Shown in pieces: positions 6,480 to 15,244 of a stretch of DNA of 27,156 bases. The first letter of the stretch is position 1. The number at the start of each line of letters is the position of its first letter. A model generated the notes under the pieces. The model was not told the DNA's origin. It made no database searches and was given only the letters and a program-made list of their open reading frames with translations. The position numbers and the translations under genes are program-made. Location of the stretch: positions 1-27,156 of IMG/VR virus record IMGVR_UViG_3300049049_000183. One strand, 5' to 3'. Source of the stretch: a virus. Lineage: Duplodnaviria > Caudoviricetes.

Positions 6480-7076
6480 TTATGCGATGGGCTGGCCAGT
6501 GGGATTGCCCGAGCTGGCGCTGGTGTGACGATGCGTCTTCAACGACAGGGCACCCAGCTTGACGTCAGGCGCGGAAATCACACCGGCCGAGGTCACGGGA
6601 CCGCCGAGGGTCACCGCGTCCGCACTGGTCTGCTCGATGACGCCATCAACGTGTAGGCCTTGGTTGGCGTGCAGCGGCGCATTGACGTCCACACGTGTAG
6701 CGTTCTGCAGGGTGATGGTGCGTGAGCCGCCGGCGTCAAGCACGATGCCCGAGGCAGAGAGGTGGATGTACTGGCCGCGGTTGTCGTAGATGGCAACGTC
6801 GCCGTTATCCAGCGCCTTCATGCGGAACTGCTGGTTGTTCGTTGCAACGATGATTCCGTTCGAGCGCTCGCCAGCGAGGAACACCACGATGGCGTCCGTG
6901 CCCACGGGAGGCACTGACGTGAACCCGTACTCGGCCGCCCGCGGAACGTCTCCAATGAGCTCATCGGCGCCCATGCGGACCTGCATGGTTTGCACAACGC
7001 CTGCGTCGTTGGTGTCCGTTGAGCGGCCACGGCCCACGACTTGCTGGATACGCCGCCAGAGGTGCTGCATCGACAT
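6480..7076 (-). CDS. Baseplate spike, Mu gp45-like
   Basis: EYGFTSVPP..AIVVFLAGERS..GDVAIYD motif; C-terminal HxH (THRH) metal-binding tip. Confidence 0.92.
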   Translation of the reverse strand: MSMQHLWRRIQQVVGRGRSTDTNDAGVVQTMQVRMGADELIGDVPRAAEYGFTSVPPVGTDAIVVFLAGERSNGIIVATNNQQFRMKALDNGDVAIYDNRGQYIHLSASGIVLDAGGSRTITLQNATRVDVNAPLHANQGLHVDGVIEQTSADAVTLGGPVTSAGVISAPDVKLGALSLKTHRHTSASSGNPTGQPIA

Positions 7077-7079
7077 CGG

Positions 7080-8210
7080 TCAGCCCCCCGGCTTCGGGGC
7101 AACCCCCGACAGCTCTTTGATGGGGTTGAGCTTGTTCAAGTCGTAGGGCTCTGGCTCGTAGGCGCCACTCAGCATCAGCGTCAGCTCGCACGAAGTGCCG
7201 GCTTCGTTGCGGTGATACGTGACCTCGCCGATGGTCAAGTTCGCGCTCTTGACCTGCAGCGTCGGCAGCTCGACCAACGCCTGGGTGTTCGGGCGATACA
7301 GCACGCCAGCGGAATCACGCCATGAGTCGGTGATGAGCTGCACGACGTTCGAGCGGCCGATGCGTCGGTTCTTCTCCCACGCCGCTCGCTGGCCAGCGAT
7401 GGCGAGGCTGGAGACACCGTTGATTTCGACGATAAAAATCTTGCGGCGATGCCGTGGCACCGTCGGGTCCTGCACTGCGGCGATGAGGTCGGAGCCAATG
7501 CCGGCGTCCTTGAACATCTCGACGCTTTGCATGTAGGACTCGTATTCGCTGTAGCGCTGGTCCAGCATTGCCGAATAGGTGGCGCGCTGGACGTTGATGC
7601 CTTCCCGGAACCCGGAGGCGGCTTGTTCCTCTTGCAGCGCTGAGAGCATCAGACTGCCATCGGGCATGTCATACGCGAGCAGCTGTGCTGCGCGACAGAG
7701 CCGCTCGATGATTTCAAACGGGGTCTCGCCGCGGTTCAGGTTGAACTGGGGAATGGCCGGGCCGTCGTTGCCATCGTGCGAGGCCACGGTGATGCCGTAG
7801 GGCGCCGCCAGCTTCTGGGCAATCTCAAGGACGGAGGAGCCGACGATTTGGCCACCAGGCCACTCGGCTGAGCAGTCCACCAGGTCGGCGCACTTGCTGC
7901 GGCCCACGATGGTGACGCTGTGCGACCGCGCGTCGTAGGTGCGCGTGACGCGGTCCACATAGCCGGTCAGCACAAGGTCCCGCCCAATCTTCACCTTGAC
8001 CGTGGCGCCGCGCAGAATCTTGATGGCGTCCTGGCCGGGGATGAACTCCGTCAGGCGCACTTCAAAATCGGAGGGGCACCGCTCGACGCCGCGCGTGATG
8101 CGCACGTCGGTCCAGCCAGTCCACGCGAGACCGTCGATTTCCAAAGTCACGTCGTCGTCAGGCAGAGACCTCTGCTCAACAATTTCGGTGGAAGTGGCGT
8201 CGACGGTCAT
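7080..8210 (-). CDS. Baseplate hub, Mu gp44 (gpP)-like
   Basis: GWTDVRITRGVE..F, TGYVD, GRSKCADLVDCSA, GETPFEIIERLCR motifs. Confidence 0.92.
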   Translation of the reverse strand: MTVDATSTEIVEQRSLPDDDVTLEIDGLAWTGWTDVRITRGVERCPSDFEVRLTEFIPGQDAIKILRGATVKVKIGRDLVLTGYVDRVTRTYDARSHSVTIVGRSKCADLVDCSAEWPGGQIVGSSVLEIAQKLAAPYGITVASHDGNDGPAIPQFNLNRGETPFEIIERLCRAAQLLAYDMPDGSLMLSALQEEQAASGFREGINVQRATYSAMLDQRYSEYESYMQSVEMFKDAGIGSDLIAAVQDPTVPRHRRKIFIVEINGVSSLAIAGQRAAWEKNRRIGRSNVVQLITDSWRDSAGVLYRPNTQALVELPTLQVKSANLTIGEVTYHRNEAGTSCELTLMLSGAYEPEPYDLNKLNPIKELSGVAPKPGG

Positions 8211-8214
8211 CAGG

Positions 8215-9525
8215 TCAGGAGCTCAAGGCGGAGAAGGTGGTTGGCATGAACGCTGGGTTCGGGCAGTCAGCACGCCGGACCAATTCGGGCTCGCGCCCGA
8301 TGTCTTGATACAGCCGCTGCGCCAAGACCAGCGAAGGGACAGAGCTAGGTGTAGCTACCGTCACCAGGGATGGCAGCCTCGCGCCTTTGGCGTTCATGTC
8401 GCGGATGACCTCGGCCCGCGCAGCTCGGAGCGCAGCGTAGACAGCGTCGTTGCCCTGCTCACCCGCCACCTTGATTTCGGAGTCGACGTAGCTCAAGACC
8501 TCATCGCGCACCGCAGTGGCTTCCAGTGCCGTGCTGGGCTGGTAGTCGCCCGAAGCGGTGCAGAGCTGGGTGACGGCGAGCCGGCGCAGGTAGTCGGCCG
8601 TAGAGGCGGAGGTGAGCGAGGTCGCAGCCGCCAACTTGGTCATGGCGATGGCTGTGGCAATCGCAGACGCTGGCGAGAAGCTGGCTGCCTTGACCGCGGC
8701 CACATGCCCCGTGACGGCCAGTGTGAAGAGCGCTGACGTTGTCGCCGTCAGGTTGGCAGCTGCGGAGGACACTGCCCGAGCCGACACGTCAACGGAGAGG
8801 CGAGCTGCAGCTGCGGCTCCGTAGAGCGCCGACACAGGCTTGGAGACAGTCTGGATGGCACCGATGACGATGCCGGTGGCCTGCCCGACCATCCGGCCGA
8901 AGTTGCCGGAGGCCTGCGTAGCAATGCTGACCAGGTTCGTGGCGCTTGCCACGGCGGATTTGCTGCGCGAGAGCCAGTCCGTTGACACCGCGGCCACCGT
9001 GGGCTGAACGGGAGCATTGGCGGCGAACTGAGCGTTGATTTCGTCGAGCCATTGTTGCGTTGACTTGGACTGCACCTCTGCGGCAGCAGCGTTGATGGCG
9101 TCGGCGCTAGCCACCGCAGTGCCCGGAAATTGGCGAGCCGCGGTGTCTTCGACAAACGTGGCCTCGAACTCGAACACCCGGCCGCGTTCCCAGTGCTCGT
9201 TGGTAGAGAAATCCAGCAGCTTGACAGTGAGGCGGCCGAAAGTGGGATGCACAAGCTCGCCGGGGCCTGGCTTCTCGCAGGCCGCAATGAGGGCATCCCG
9301 CTGGGCGATGGCGTCGTCGCCGACGACAAACCCAGAGATGGAGTAGCGCCGCAGGCCGCGGCCCAAGTCCTCCACCCATGCGGTGTCTTTGAAGGGGTAC
9401 TCATGGACGGCGGTCCGGCGACCGAACTTCGCGCTTCCGCCGAACGTCTTGAAGGGCACGCCACGCCAGGAGGCCGGCTGCAGCTGAGCGAAGAACGAGC
9501 TGGGGTTCTGTGTAGTAGTCATCAC
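8215..9525 (-). CDS. Mu gp43 (N)-like DNA circularisation / tail protein
   Basis: ASWRGVPF..GRRTAVHEYPF.D..WVEDLGR..GPGELVHPTFG; C-terminal PSLVLAQRLYQD..R..EL. Confidence 0.92.
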   Translation of the reverse strand: MMTTTQNPSSFFAQLQPASWRGVPFKTFGGSAKFGRRTAVHEYPFKDTAWVEDLGRGLRRYSISGFVVGDDAIAQRDALIAACEKPGPGELVHPTFGRLTVKLLDFSTNEHWERGRVFEFEATFVEDTAARQFPGTAVASADAINAAAAEVQSKSTQQWLDEINAQFAANAPVQPTVAAVSTDWLSRSKSAVASATNLVSIATQASGNFGRMVGQATGIVIGAIQTVSKPVSALYGAAAAARLSVDVSARAVSSAAANLTATTSALFTLAVTGHVAAVKAASFSPASAIATAIAMTKLAAATSLTSASTADYLRRLAVTQLCTASGDYQPSTALEATAVRDEVLSYVDSEIKVAGEQGNDAVYAALRAARAEVIRDMNAKGARLPSLVTVATPSSVPSLVLAQRLYQDIGREPELVRRADCPNPAFMPTTFSALSS

Positions 9526-11102
9526 GAGTCGATGTCAGCCATGGAACGGGTGACCTTCACGGAAGCAGGCTGGCCACCTGAAGAAGCGTTCGAGACGACC
9601 ATGCCCCGCGGCGCGTTCTCGAACTTGACGTGTAGGGTGTGGTTGAGCGCTGTCTGTCCCGCCTGAGCGGTATCGCCGCCTTGTCCGGGAGGGTTGGACG
9701 GTGGGGCGATGGGCGGAAGCGCGAGCTGTTTGTTGGCCGCGGCAAGGTAGTCCTCGACGGAGTCACCTTTGGCGGGTGGCTTCGGCGGCGCGAACTTGGC
9801 GATGTTGTCGCTGACGGTCGCGAGCCCGTCCCGGTCTGTCGGGAGCGCGGGCCGGGGAAGGGCACCCGACAGCAGGCCCGGCGGCACGGGAATGGCCGGC
9901 GGCAGGCGGCCCATCACCACCGACGTATGCGGCGGTGGGATAAATGGAGCGGCAGCGCCCGCGGTAGGCGATGCGAGCTGGACCCGCGCCGCCTTGGCAC
10001 CCGCAGGTGCAGCGCCTGTCGCCGCACCTGTTGTAGACGGCGCAGCGGGCACTGCCGTCTTGCTCTTGGAGCCCGCTGCTTTCAGGGCAAGAAGCCCCGG
10101 CAGAAGCGCGGTGCCTCCTGGCATCACGGCAGACAGCGCAAACAGAGACGAAGTCGGCATGTTGGCCGTCTTACGCTCCAGCGTATCCAAGAAGCTGCTA
10201 GAGCTGTCCGCGTTGGCCAAGTCGTCGATGCCCCGGATGATTTTCTCTAGAACCGGGTAAACCTTCGAGCCGATGGTGTTGCCCAGGCCGTCCGCGGAGG
10301 CCTTCAGCTTGTTGAGCGCCTTGGCGTAGGCCTCGGCGTTCTTGATAGCCTGGGGGCTCAGCACAGCGCCCAGCTTGTCGGCCTGCTTCGCGTTCTCCTC
10401 GAGCGCATCGGCTCCCTTCATCATCTGAGGAAGGACCTTCACGTAGCCGACCATGTTGGCGGCAATCTCTTTAGCTTGTGGCGTGAGGTCGGTGCGCGCG
10501 GAGTAGTCGGCAAGCTTCTTGAGGGCGTATTCGACGTCCCAAGCGCCGTCCTTCGTGCGGCGGAGCTCGATTCCCGCTGCGTTGAAGAACTGCAGCAGCG
10601 GGCCGCCTTCGTAGTAGGCGTTGCGCATCGAGCGGCCAATGTTGGCCATCGCCTCCTGCATGTCGTCGCCTGAGCCACCCATGAGCTTCACGGCGCCCGC
10701 GTAGCGCTGCAGGGCATCGGTGGAGATGCCTGTGACGGTAGAGAGCTGAGAAACCCTGAAGCCTGCGTTCGCGACTTTGGACCCCAGGACTGTCAGACCT
10801 GCGCCGATGGCGGCGATGCCAGCGACTACGCCCCCCGCTGCGCCGGCCGCTCCAATACCGAGCAGCCCCTCCATCGACGCCGAGCTGATTCCGATGTTTT
10901 TCGCTAGCTTTGCTGCGGAGTTTGCTGCGGTGCCGAAGCCCTTCGCCAGCGCCGGGAGGTGCATCTCCTTGCCCAGGGCACCGAGGGACCGGCCCATGCG
11001 CTGCACGGGCCGAACCGCCTTGCCAAACCGCTCGTTTATGCGATTGACGACCGCAGTGGCTTTGTCGACCGCGGTGACGGTGATTTGAAAGGTGTTGGAC
11101 AC
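9522..11102 (-). CDS. Tape-measure-like protein (526 aa)
   Basis: ITVTAVDKAT N-terminus, Ala/Gly-rich helical body, position between tail chaperone and gp43; GTG start. Confidence 0.8.
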   Translation of the reverse strand: MSNTFQITVTAVDKATAVVNRINERFGKAVRPVQRMGRSLGALGKEMHLPALAKGFGTAANSAAKLAKNIGISSASMEGLLGIGAAGAAGGVVAGIAAIGAGLTVLGSKVANAGFRVSQLSTVTGISTDALQRYAGAVKLMGGSGDDMQEAMANIGRSMRNAYYEGGPLLQFFNAAGIELRRTKDGAWDVEYALKKLADYSARTDLTPQAKEIAANMVGYVKVLPQMMKGADALEENAKQADKLGAVLSPQAIKNAEAYAKALNKLKASADGLGNTIGSKVYPVLEKIIRGIDDLANADSSSSFLDTLERKTANMPTSSLFALSAVMPGGTALLPGLLALKAAGSKSKTAVPAAPSTTGAATGAAPAGAKAARVQLASPTAGAAAPFIPPPHTSVVMGRLPPAIPVPPGLLSGALPRPALPTDRDGLATVSDNIAKFAPPKPPAKGDSVEDYLAAANKQLALPPIAPPSNPPGQGGDTAQAGQTALNHTLHVKFENAPRGMVVSNASSGGQPASVKVTRSMADIDS

Positions 11103-11128
11103 GGTGACCGCCTGTTCTTGTTGTTAGC

Positions 11129-11308
11129 TCATGCGCCAGCTTGTTGGGTGCTGGCGATGCGCTTTGATTGGTCGTACCACCACAGCAGCTTGGGCAATGT
11201 CAGCTGCTCCGCGTCTTTTGGCCCCCAGCGATAGAAATAGGTGACGTCGGCGATTACGTCGAGGATGTGGACGCCTTCTCGGGGAGTTTGTTGAATCCGT
11301 CCAAAAAA
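11129..11308 (-). CDS. -1 frameshift extension of the tail assembly chaperone (P2 gpE'-like)
   Basis: Slippery T TTT TTG (11308-11302) opens a 59-codon -1 frame ..IADVTYFYRWGPKDAEQLTLPKLLWWYDQSKR..; TGA at 11131-11129. Confidence 0.8.
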   Translation of the reverse strand, partial: FFGRIQQTPREGVHILDVIADVTYFYRWGPKDAEQLTLPKLLWWYDQSKRIASTQQAGA

Positions 11309-11526
11309 TCAGCGCACCTCGCCAAGTCACGTTGCGTCATCTTGTTCAGGACCTGTGGAGGGACCTTGCCCACGAGCTCGATGAGCTTGAGGACGCTGCG
11401 GAGCCCAGTGAAATCGGCTGCGGCGAGTAGATGCTCGACCAGCGGCTGAGTTAGCGTGAGCGACTCGTACACGGCGGTGCCCACGGTGATGGGCTTCTCG
11501 AAGGTCAGGTGGAGGGTGTCGTCCAT
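11254..11526 (-). CDS. Tail assembly chaperone (Mu gp41/P2 gpE-like)
   Basis: 90 aa between tube and tape measure; L..PI...Y..LTL..P and M..RD....DF pattern. Confidence 0.82.
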   Translation of the reverse strand: MDDTLHLTFEKPITVGTAVYESLTLTQPLVEHLLAAADFTGLRSVLKLIELVGKVPPQVLNKMTQRDLARCADFLDGFNKLPEKASTSST

Positions 11527-11529
11527 TGC

Positions 11530-11898
11530 TTAGGCCTCCTCGACCAGCGGACCCTGGAACTCCACGTCGAACGTGCCTTCCTGAGTCTTCACTTCTTGGG
11601 CGCTGACGGTCCACATTCCGCCGCCGGTGATGTTCTTGCCGTTGGCCAGCTGAGCAATCACGGAGACGTTTGTCATGGCATTGATGCTCGCAACGGAGAG
11701 GTTCGACGCATCGCGCAACTGCCCTTTGATGAAGCCGGCGACCGGCTTCTCGGAGTAGCCGTGAACGGAGTCCTGTCCAACGAGCGTCTCGCGCTCGACG
11801 GTGGCAACGCGGTACTCGAGGTCGCCCGCGAGCATGTACTGGACGCCGTCGACGCTGATGTATGCGACGCCGGCAAGGCGTGGGGATGCGATGGCCAT
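11530..11898 (-). CDS. Tail tube protein (Mu gpM-like)
   Basis: RLAGVAYISVDG..RETLVGQD.VHGYSEKP..LANGK motif; AAGGAG RBS. Confidence 0.92.
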   Translation of the reverse strand: MAIASPRLAGVAYISVDGVQYMLAGDLEYRVATVERETLVGQDSVHGYSEKPVAGFIKGQLRDASNLSVASINAMTNVSVIAQLANGKNITGGGMWTVSAQEVKTQEGTFDVEFQGPLVEEA

Positions 11899-11918
11899 AG
11901 GCGGCTCCTTGTGAGATG

Positions 11919-11942
11919 AAAAAAGCCGCCCTCAGGCGGCTT
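11919..11942 (-). terminator. Terminator-like hairpin between sheath and tube genes
   Basis: Minus strand GCCGCC-TGAG-GGCGGC followed by TTTTTT. Confidence 0.7.
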
Positions 11943-11966
11943 GGGGTAACTTGTGTAGCTACCGAC

Positions 11967-13448
11967 TCACTGGAGGCGAAATTGGGCCAGCACAGCGAAG
12001 ATGCGCAGCTGGGCAACCAAGGTAGGCGGATACAGCACGTCGACCCGGTTCGGGTTGGTCTTGTTCTGCTCGACCACCAGTTCTTGCTTGAACTGTTCGA
12101 TGTTCTGCAGATAGCCCTGCGCTTCGAGCGCGCGTGCTTGGTTAATGATGGCCGCGCGGATGATGGCCGGCGTCACGATGGCCGCGCCGGCGGCGAACCG
12201 GGTGCCGTCGGCGGCCAGCTTGACGCGTGCGAACTTCGAGGTCACTACGGAGCGCAGGTTGCGTAGCACGTAGGCCAGCGTGTAGAGCGTCTCGACTTGC
12301 AGGTAGCTGTTGTCAGCGTCGCCGAACGCGTTGGTCTGGTAGGTCGTGATGGCGTTCTCGATGCTCACGGTGCCATCGGCGGCCACGTCGAACGTGGAGA
12401 TGCCGGTGTAGAGCAGCGTGTTGCGGTCAGTCAGCGCAAACCGGCTGGCCAGGGGAGGCGGCAGGATGCCTGGCAGCACGACGGTCTGCAGCGGCAGCGC
12501 GGGGTCGACCTTCAGGCTGGCCGCAGCTGCTCCGCAGTAGACCGCGGCGCGCAGGTGTGCGGGCGTCGGGCAGTTTTTGAAGCCGATGATGGACTCGTAG
12601 GGGTTGTTTCGCGCCGCACCGAGGGTCGTCAGCGCGCCGAGCGTGCCATCAGCCGAGGCGAACACACCGCCGTAGAGCTGCTCGCTCCAGGACCAACGAC
12701 CCGTCGAGGCGTTCAGCAGCGTCTTGAGCGCGTCCAGCGACGTCGTGTCGGTATACGGGGAGCAGATGAAGTCGAACGTGTGCGAGCCCAGGTTCGCCAG
12801 AGCAGCGGTCAGGTCCGGAGCGCCGGCACCGCCATGAGGCTGGGTGATGCTGAACGTCAGGCCAGCTGGGGTCGCTTCGCCACCCAGGGTGCCACGGTAG
12901 TTCGTCTGGAGGATGTAGCCGTTGCCGCATGGTCCCTTGTTGGCGGCGGTCAGCGTTACTTCGGCGCTGTCGGCTACCGCAGTGAACGGGCAACTCGTGT
13001 CGGAGTTGATGAGCGCGGCCAGGGCGGTCGCAATCTGGGCGGGCGTCTGCGTCGTCAGCACCGGAAGCTGGTAGCGAACGTCGCCGATGTAGAGGCTCAG
13101 GACGCCGTTCGCGGTGGCAGCTGCCGTGAACTCAATGGAGCCAACTGCGGCGACGGAGCCGGCGGCGTCAGCCAGAGGGAGATACCAGACTTCGCCCAGC
13201 GAGTCAGCCAGGCGATATTTCGCCAGCATCGCCGCGAGCATCGACCGCGGTCCGCCAACAGCTTGTGCGTCGCCCAGGCCCTGAGAGATGACGGGGACGT
13301 TGGCAACGCCGGTGCCGTCAGCGGTCATCTGACCAATGATGAGAGACCGTTGGGTGGCAGTCGCCGAGTTGGCGTGCGAGTTGTCAACTTCCGCGTAAAA
13401 GAGCGGAACGCGGATGTTCGACGGAAGGTTTTTGAAGGGGATGGTCAC
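11967..13448 (-). CDS. Tail sheath protein (Mu gpL-like)
   Basis: IPF..LPSNIRVPLFYAEVDNS N-terminus; TTYQTNAFGDADNSYL; NPNRVDVLYPP.L..QLRIFA C-terminus. Confidence 0.96.
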   Translation of the reverse strand: MTIPFKNLPSNIRVPLFYAEVDNSHANSATATQRSLIIGQMTADGTGVANVPVISQGLGDAQAVGGPRSMLAAMLAKYRLADSLGEVWYLPLADAAGSVAAVGSIEFTAAATANGVLSLYIGDVRYQLPVLTTQTPAQIATALAALINSDTSCPFTAVADSAEVTLTAANKGPCGNGYILQTNYRGTLGGEATPAGLTFSITQPHGGAGAPDLTAALANLGSHTFDFICSPYTDTTSLDALKTLLNASTGRWSWSEQLYGGVFASADGTLGALTTLGAARNNPYESIIGFKNCPTPAHLRAAVYCGAAAASLKVDPALPLQTVVLPGILPPPLASRFALTDRNTLLYTGISTFDVAADGTVSIENAITTYQTNAFGDADNSYLQVETLYTLAYVLRNLRSVVTSKFARVKLAADGTRFAAGAAIVTPAIIRAAIINQARALEAQGYLQNIEQFKQELVVEQNKTNPNRVDVLYPPTLVAQLRIFAVLAQFRLQ

Positions 13449-13678
13449 GAGCGGCGCTCCTGCTGAATGTTGTTGGAATTGGCCTTACGCGGCGGATTGG
13501 CCGGAGCGGCACTCGGGTCGACGCCAACGCTAACGTCCGCGTCAGCAATGCGCCGAGCCCAGTAGTGACTGAGCTCGACCAAGCGGCCCTCCGCGGGCAG
13601 ATATCGAGCCGGCGTTCGGACTACCGCCGGGTCGACGATTTGCATGCCCGGCTTGGGAACGACGTAGACGTGTGACAT
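13445..13678 (-). CDS. DUF2635 / Mu gp38-like small tail protein
   Basis: VVPKPG..I.DP....LP.EG..V....YW.RR..D.DV motif; overlaps the sheath start. Confidence 0.85.
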   Translation of the reverse strand: MSHVYVVPKPGMQIVDPAVVRTPARYLPAEGRLVELSHYWARRIADADVSVGVDPSAAPANPPRKANSNNIQQERRS

Positions 13679-13742
13679 TGCGTGGCGCGGCATTCGGTTT
13701 GTGTGGCTCGTATAGGCACCTGCCACGCGCACCTGCGCCAGC

Positions 13743-13856
13743 TCAGGCTTCCATGCCTGCCGCGAAGGCCTCGGCGGCTTCACGAGTGGCGAAAGTCCGG
13801 AAGACCACGCCACCGATGACGACTGCGTAGCGGCCGAAGTAGGGTTTGATTTCCAT
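13743..13856 (-). CDS. Small hypothetical protein, 37 aa (MEIKPYFGRYAVVIGGVVFRTFATREAAEAFAAGMEA)
   Basis: ATG 2 nt after the upstream TGA, GC3-rich codons; below the ORF-track cutoff. Confidence 0.6.
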   Translation of the reverse strand: MEIKPYFGRYAVVIGGVVFRTFATREAAEAFAAGMEA

Positions 13857-13858
13857 CG

Positions 13859-15244
13859 TCAGTCCTTCACTGCTTTGCGCTCAAAGCCGGCTTTCAATGC
13901 GGTGTAGTCGCAGTTCAGAGCCCTGTTTGGTGTGCCGTTGAAATACATCAACACGTAGTTGTCAGCGCCGTAGCCGAGGCCGTTGACCACGCCGCCAAAG
14001 CTGTCATGCGGATGGCGTGCGGAGGTCTGGCGCACGAAGACATCGACCACGCCGCCTGTGGGCGTGCTGTGGCGAATCTCGAAGAATCCCAGCTTGGTGT
14101 ATGCGAGGAAGGCGGTTGGCTGGTCTTCGCCCACCAGTGGGCGCACGACCGCGGACTTCTCTGGGGCGCCGACGACCATGCTCACGGCTTGCGCGCACAT
14201 GACGTCGTTCTCGGCGTCGTAATACACGCCCACGCGTGAGCGCATGGCACTGTCGCTGTCCATGACGCAGATGAAAGCCTTCTCAGCGGGGTGATACGCC
14301 AGCACACGACGCACCGAGCTTCGGTTGGCGTTCAGTGCGGCTTGGCTGACCGAGGTGTCGCCGTTGGTCACGCGCAGGTTCAGCGTCTCGCCAAGGTCCC
14401 AAAGCAGCCACTTCGCGAAGGTCAGGCTGCCCAGTCGCATCGCGCATACCTGCGCACCCTCGCCGGCGGTTGAGTCCGCGACGAAGGAACACTGCGTCTC
14501 GCTGCCCCAGTCATCAAAGAGGAAAGCGAATTCGGCCACCAGGTCGAGTTCGCCTTGCGTGTTGATGACGAACTGACCCATATCGCCATCAGGCAACATG
14601 CGCAGCACTACCAGCTTGGTCTGGCCGTCCGCTGTCTTGACCGCCTTCAGCACCAGATACAGGCAGCTCGGCTCGCCAGGCACGAACAGGGCGCTGACGA
14701 CAGCGGCGCTGCTGTATTCGGCGGAGAGGTCGTAGCCGAAGGAGAAGGACGAGATGTCGCCCAAGTTCGGGTCGTAGATGGGCTCGCCCACGCTGTGTGC
14801 GTAGCCCACCAGCGCGTTGCCGTCCCCAATCTGGTCAATAACGGTCAGCCCGGCATCGACGGCCCTCGCGCTCTCGGCAACTGCGTCGTAGTAGGCGCAG
14901 CCCTGTTCGGTGGCGTTCGTCACCTGCGTGTCCAGGAACGTGAAGCCAGCCGGTGCGGGGTGGTTGCCCTGGAGCTTGATGACGGCGCCGGATGGCAGGC
15001 CGGTGGCGGGCGAAGAAAGCTCGCCGATGGCATCAAGCACCGGCTGCAGGTCTGCGCTTGGGATGGCGGCGATAGCTGACATCAGCGTCGCCAGGTTTGC
15101 AGAGGACATGCCCGCGACGGCGTCGATGACCGCCTGCTTGTCTGCGTCTACAAGCGCGTCGATTGCCGCTTGGGCGGCCGCAACGGATTCCGTGGTTGCA
15201 AGGCCGGACAGGTTCGGGTTGATGTAGGTTGAGAGCAGGGACAT
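13859..15244 (-). CDS. Hypothetical 461-aa acidic protein, possible virion appendage
   Basis: Start overlaps upstream stop (TGATG); helical Ala-rich N-terminus, then beta-rich body; inside the structural operon. Confidence 0.75.
   Translation of the reverse strand: MSLLSTYINPNLSGLATTESVAAAQAAIDALVDADKQAVIDAVAGMSSANLATLMSAIAAIPSADLQPVLDAIGELSSPATGLPSGAVIKLQGNHPAPAGFTFLDTQVTNATEQGCAYYDAVAESARAVDAGLTVIDQIGDGNALVGYAHSVGEPIYDPNLGDISSFSFGYDLSAEYSSAAVVSALFVPGEPSCLYLVLKAVKTADGQTKLVVLRMLPDGDMGQFVINTQGELDLVAEFAFLFDDWGSETQCSFVADSTAGEGAQVCAMRLGSLTFAKWLLWDLGETLNLRVTNGDTSVSQAALNANRSSVRRVLAYHPAEKAFICVMDSDSAMRSRVGVYYDAENDVMCAQAVSMVVGAPEKSAVVRPLVGEDQPTAFLAYTKLGFFEIRHSTPTGGVVDVFVRQTSARHPHDSFGGVVNGLGYGADNYVLMYFNGTPNRALNCDYTALKAGFERKAVKD

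Noticed and set aside
12297-13466. Long plus-strand ORFs antisense to structural genes (also 15229-16239, 20581-21465, 23621-24685, 25495-26469)
   Set aside because: Shadow ORFs expected from GC-rich codon bias; no recognisable motifs, and they fully overlap well-supported genes.
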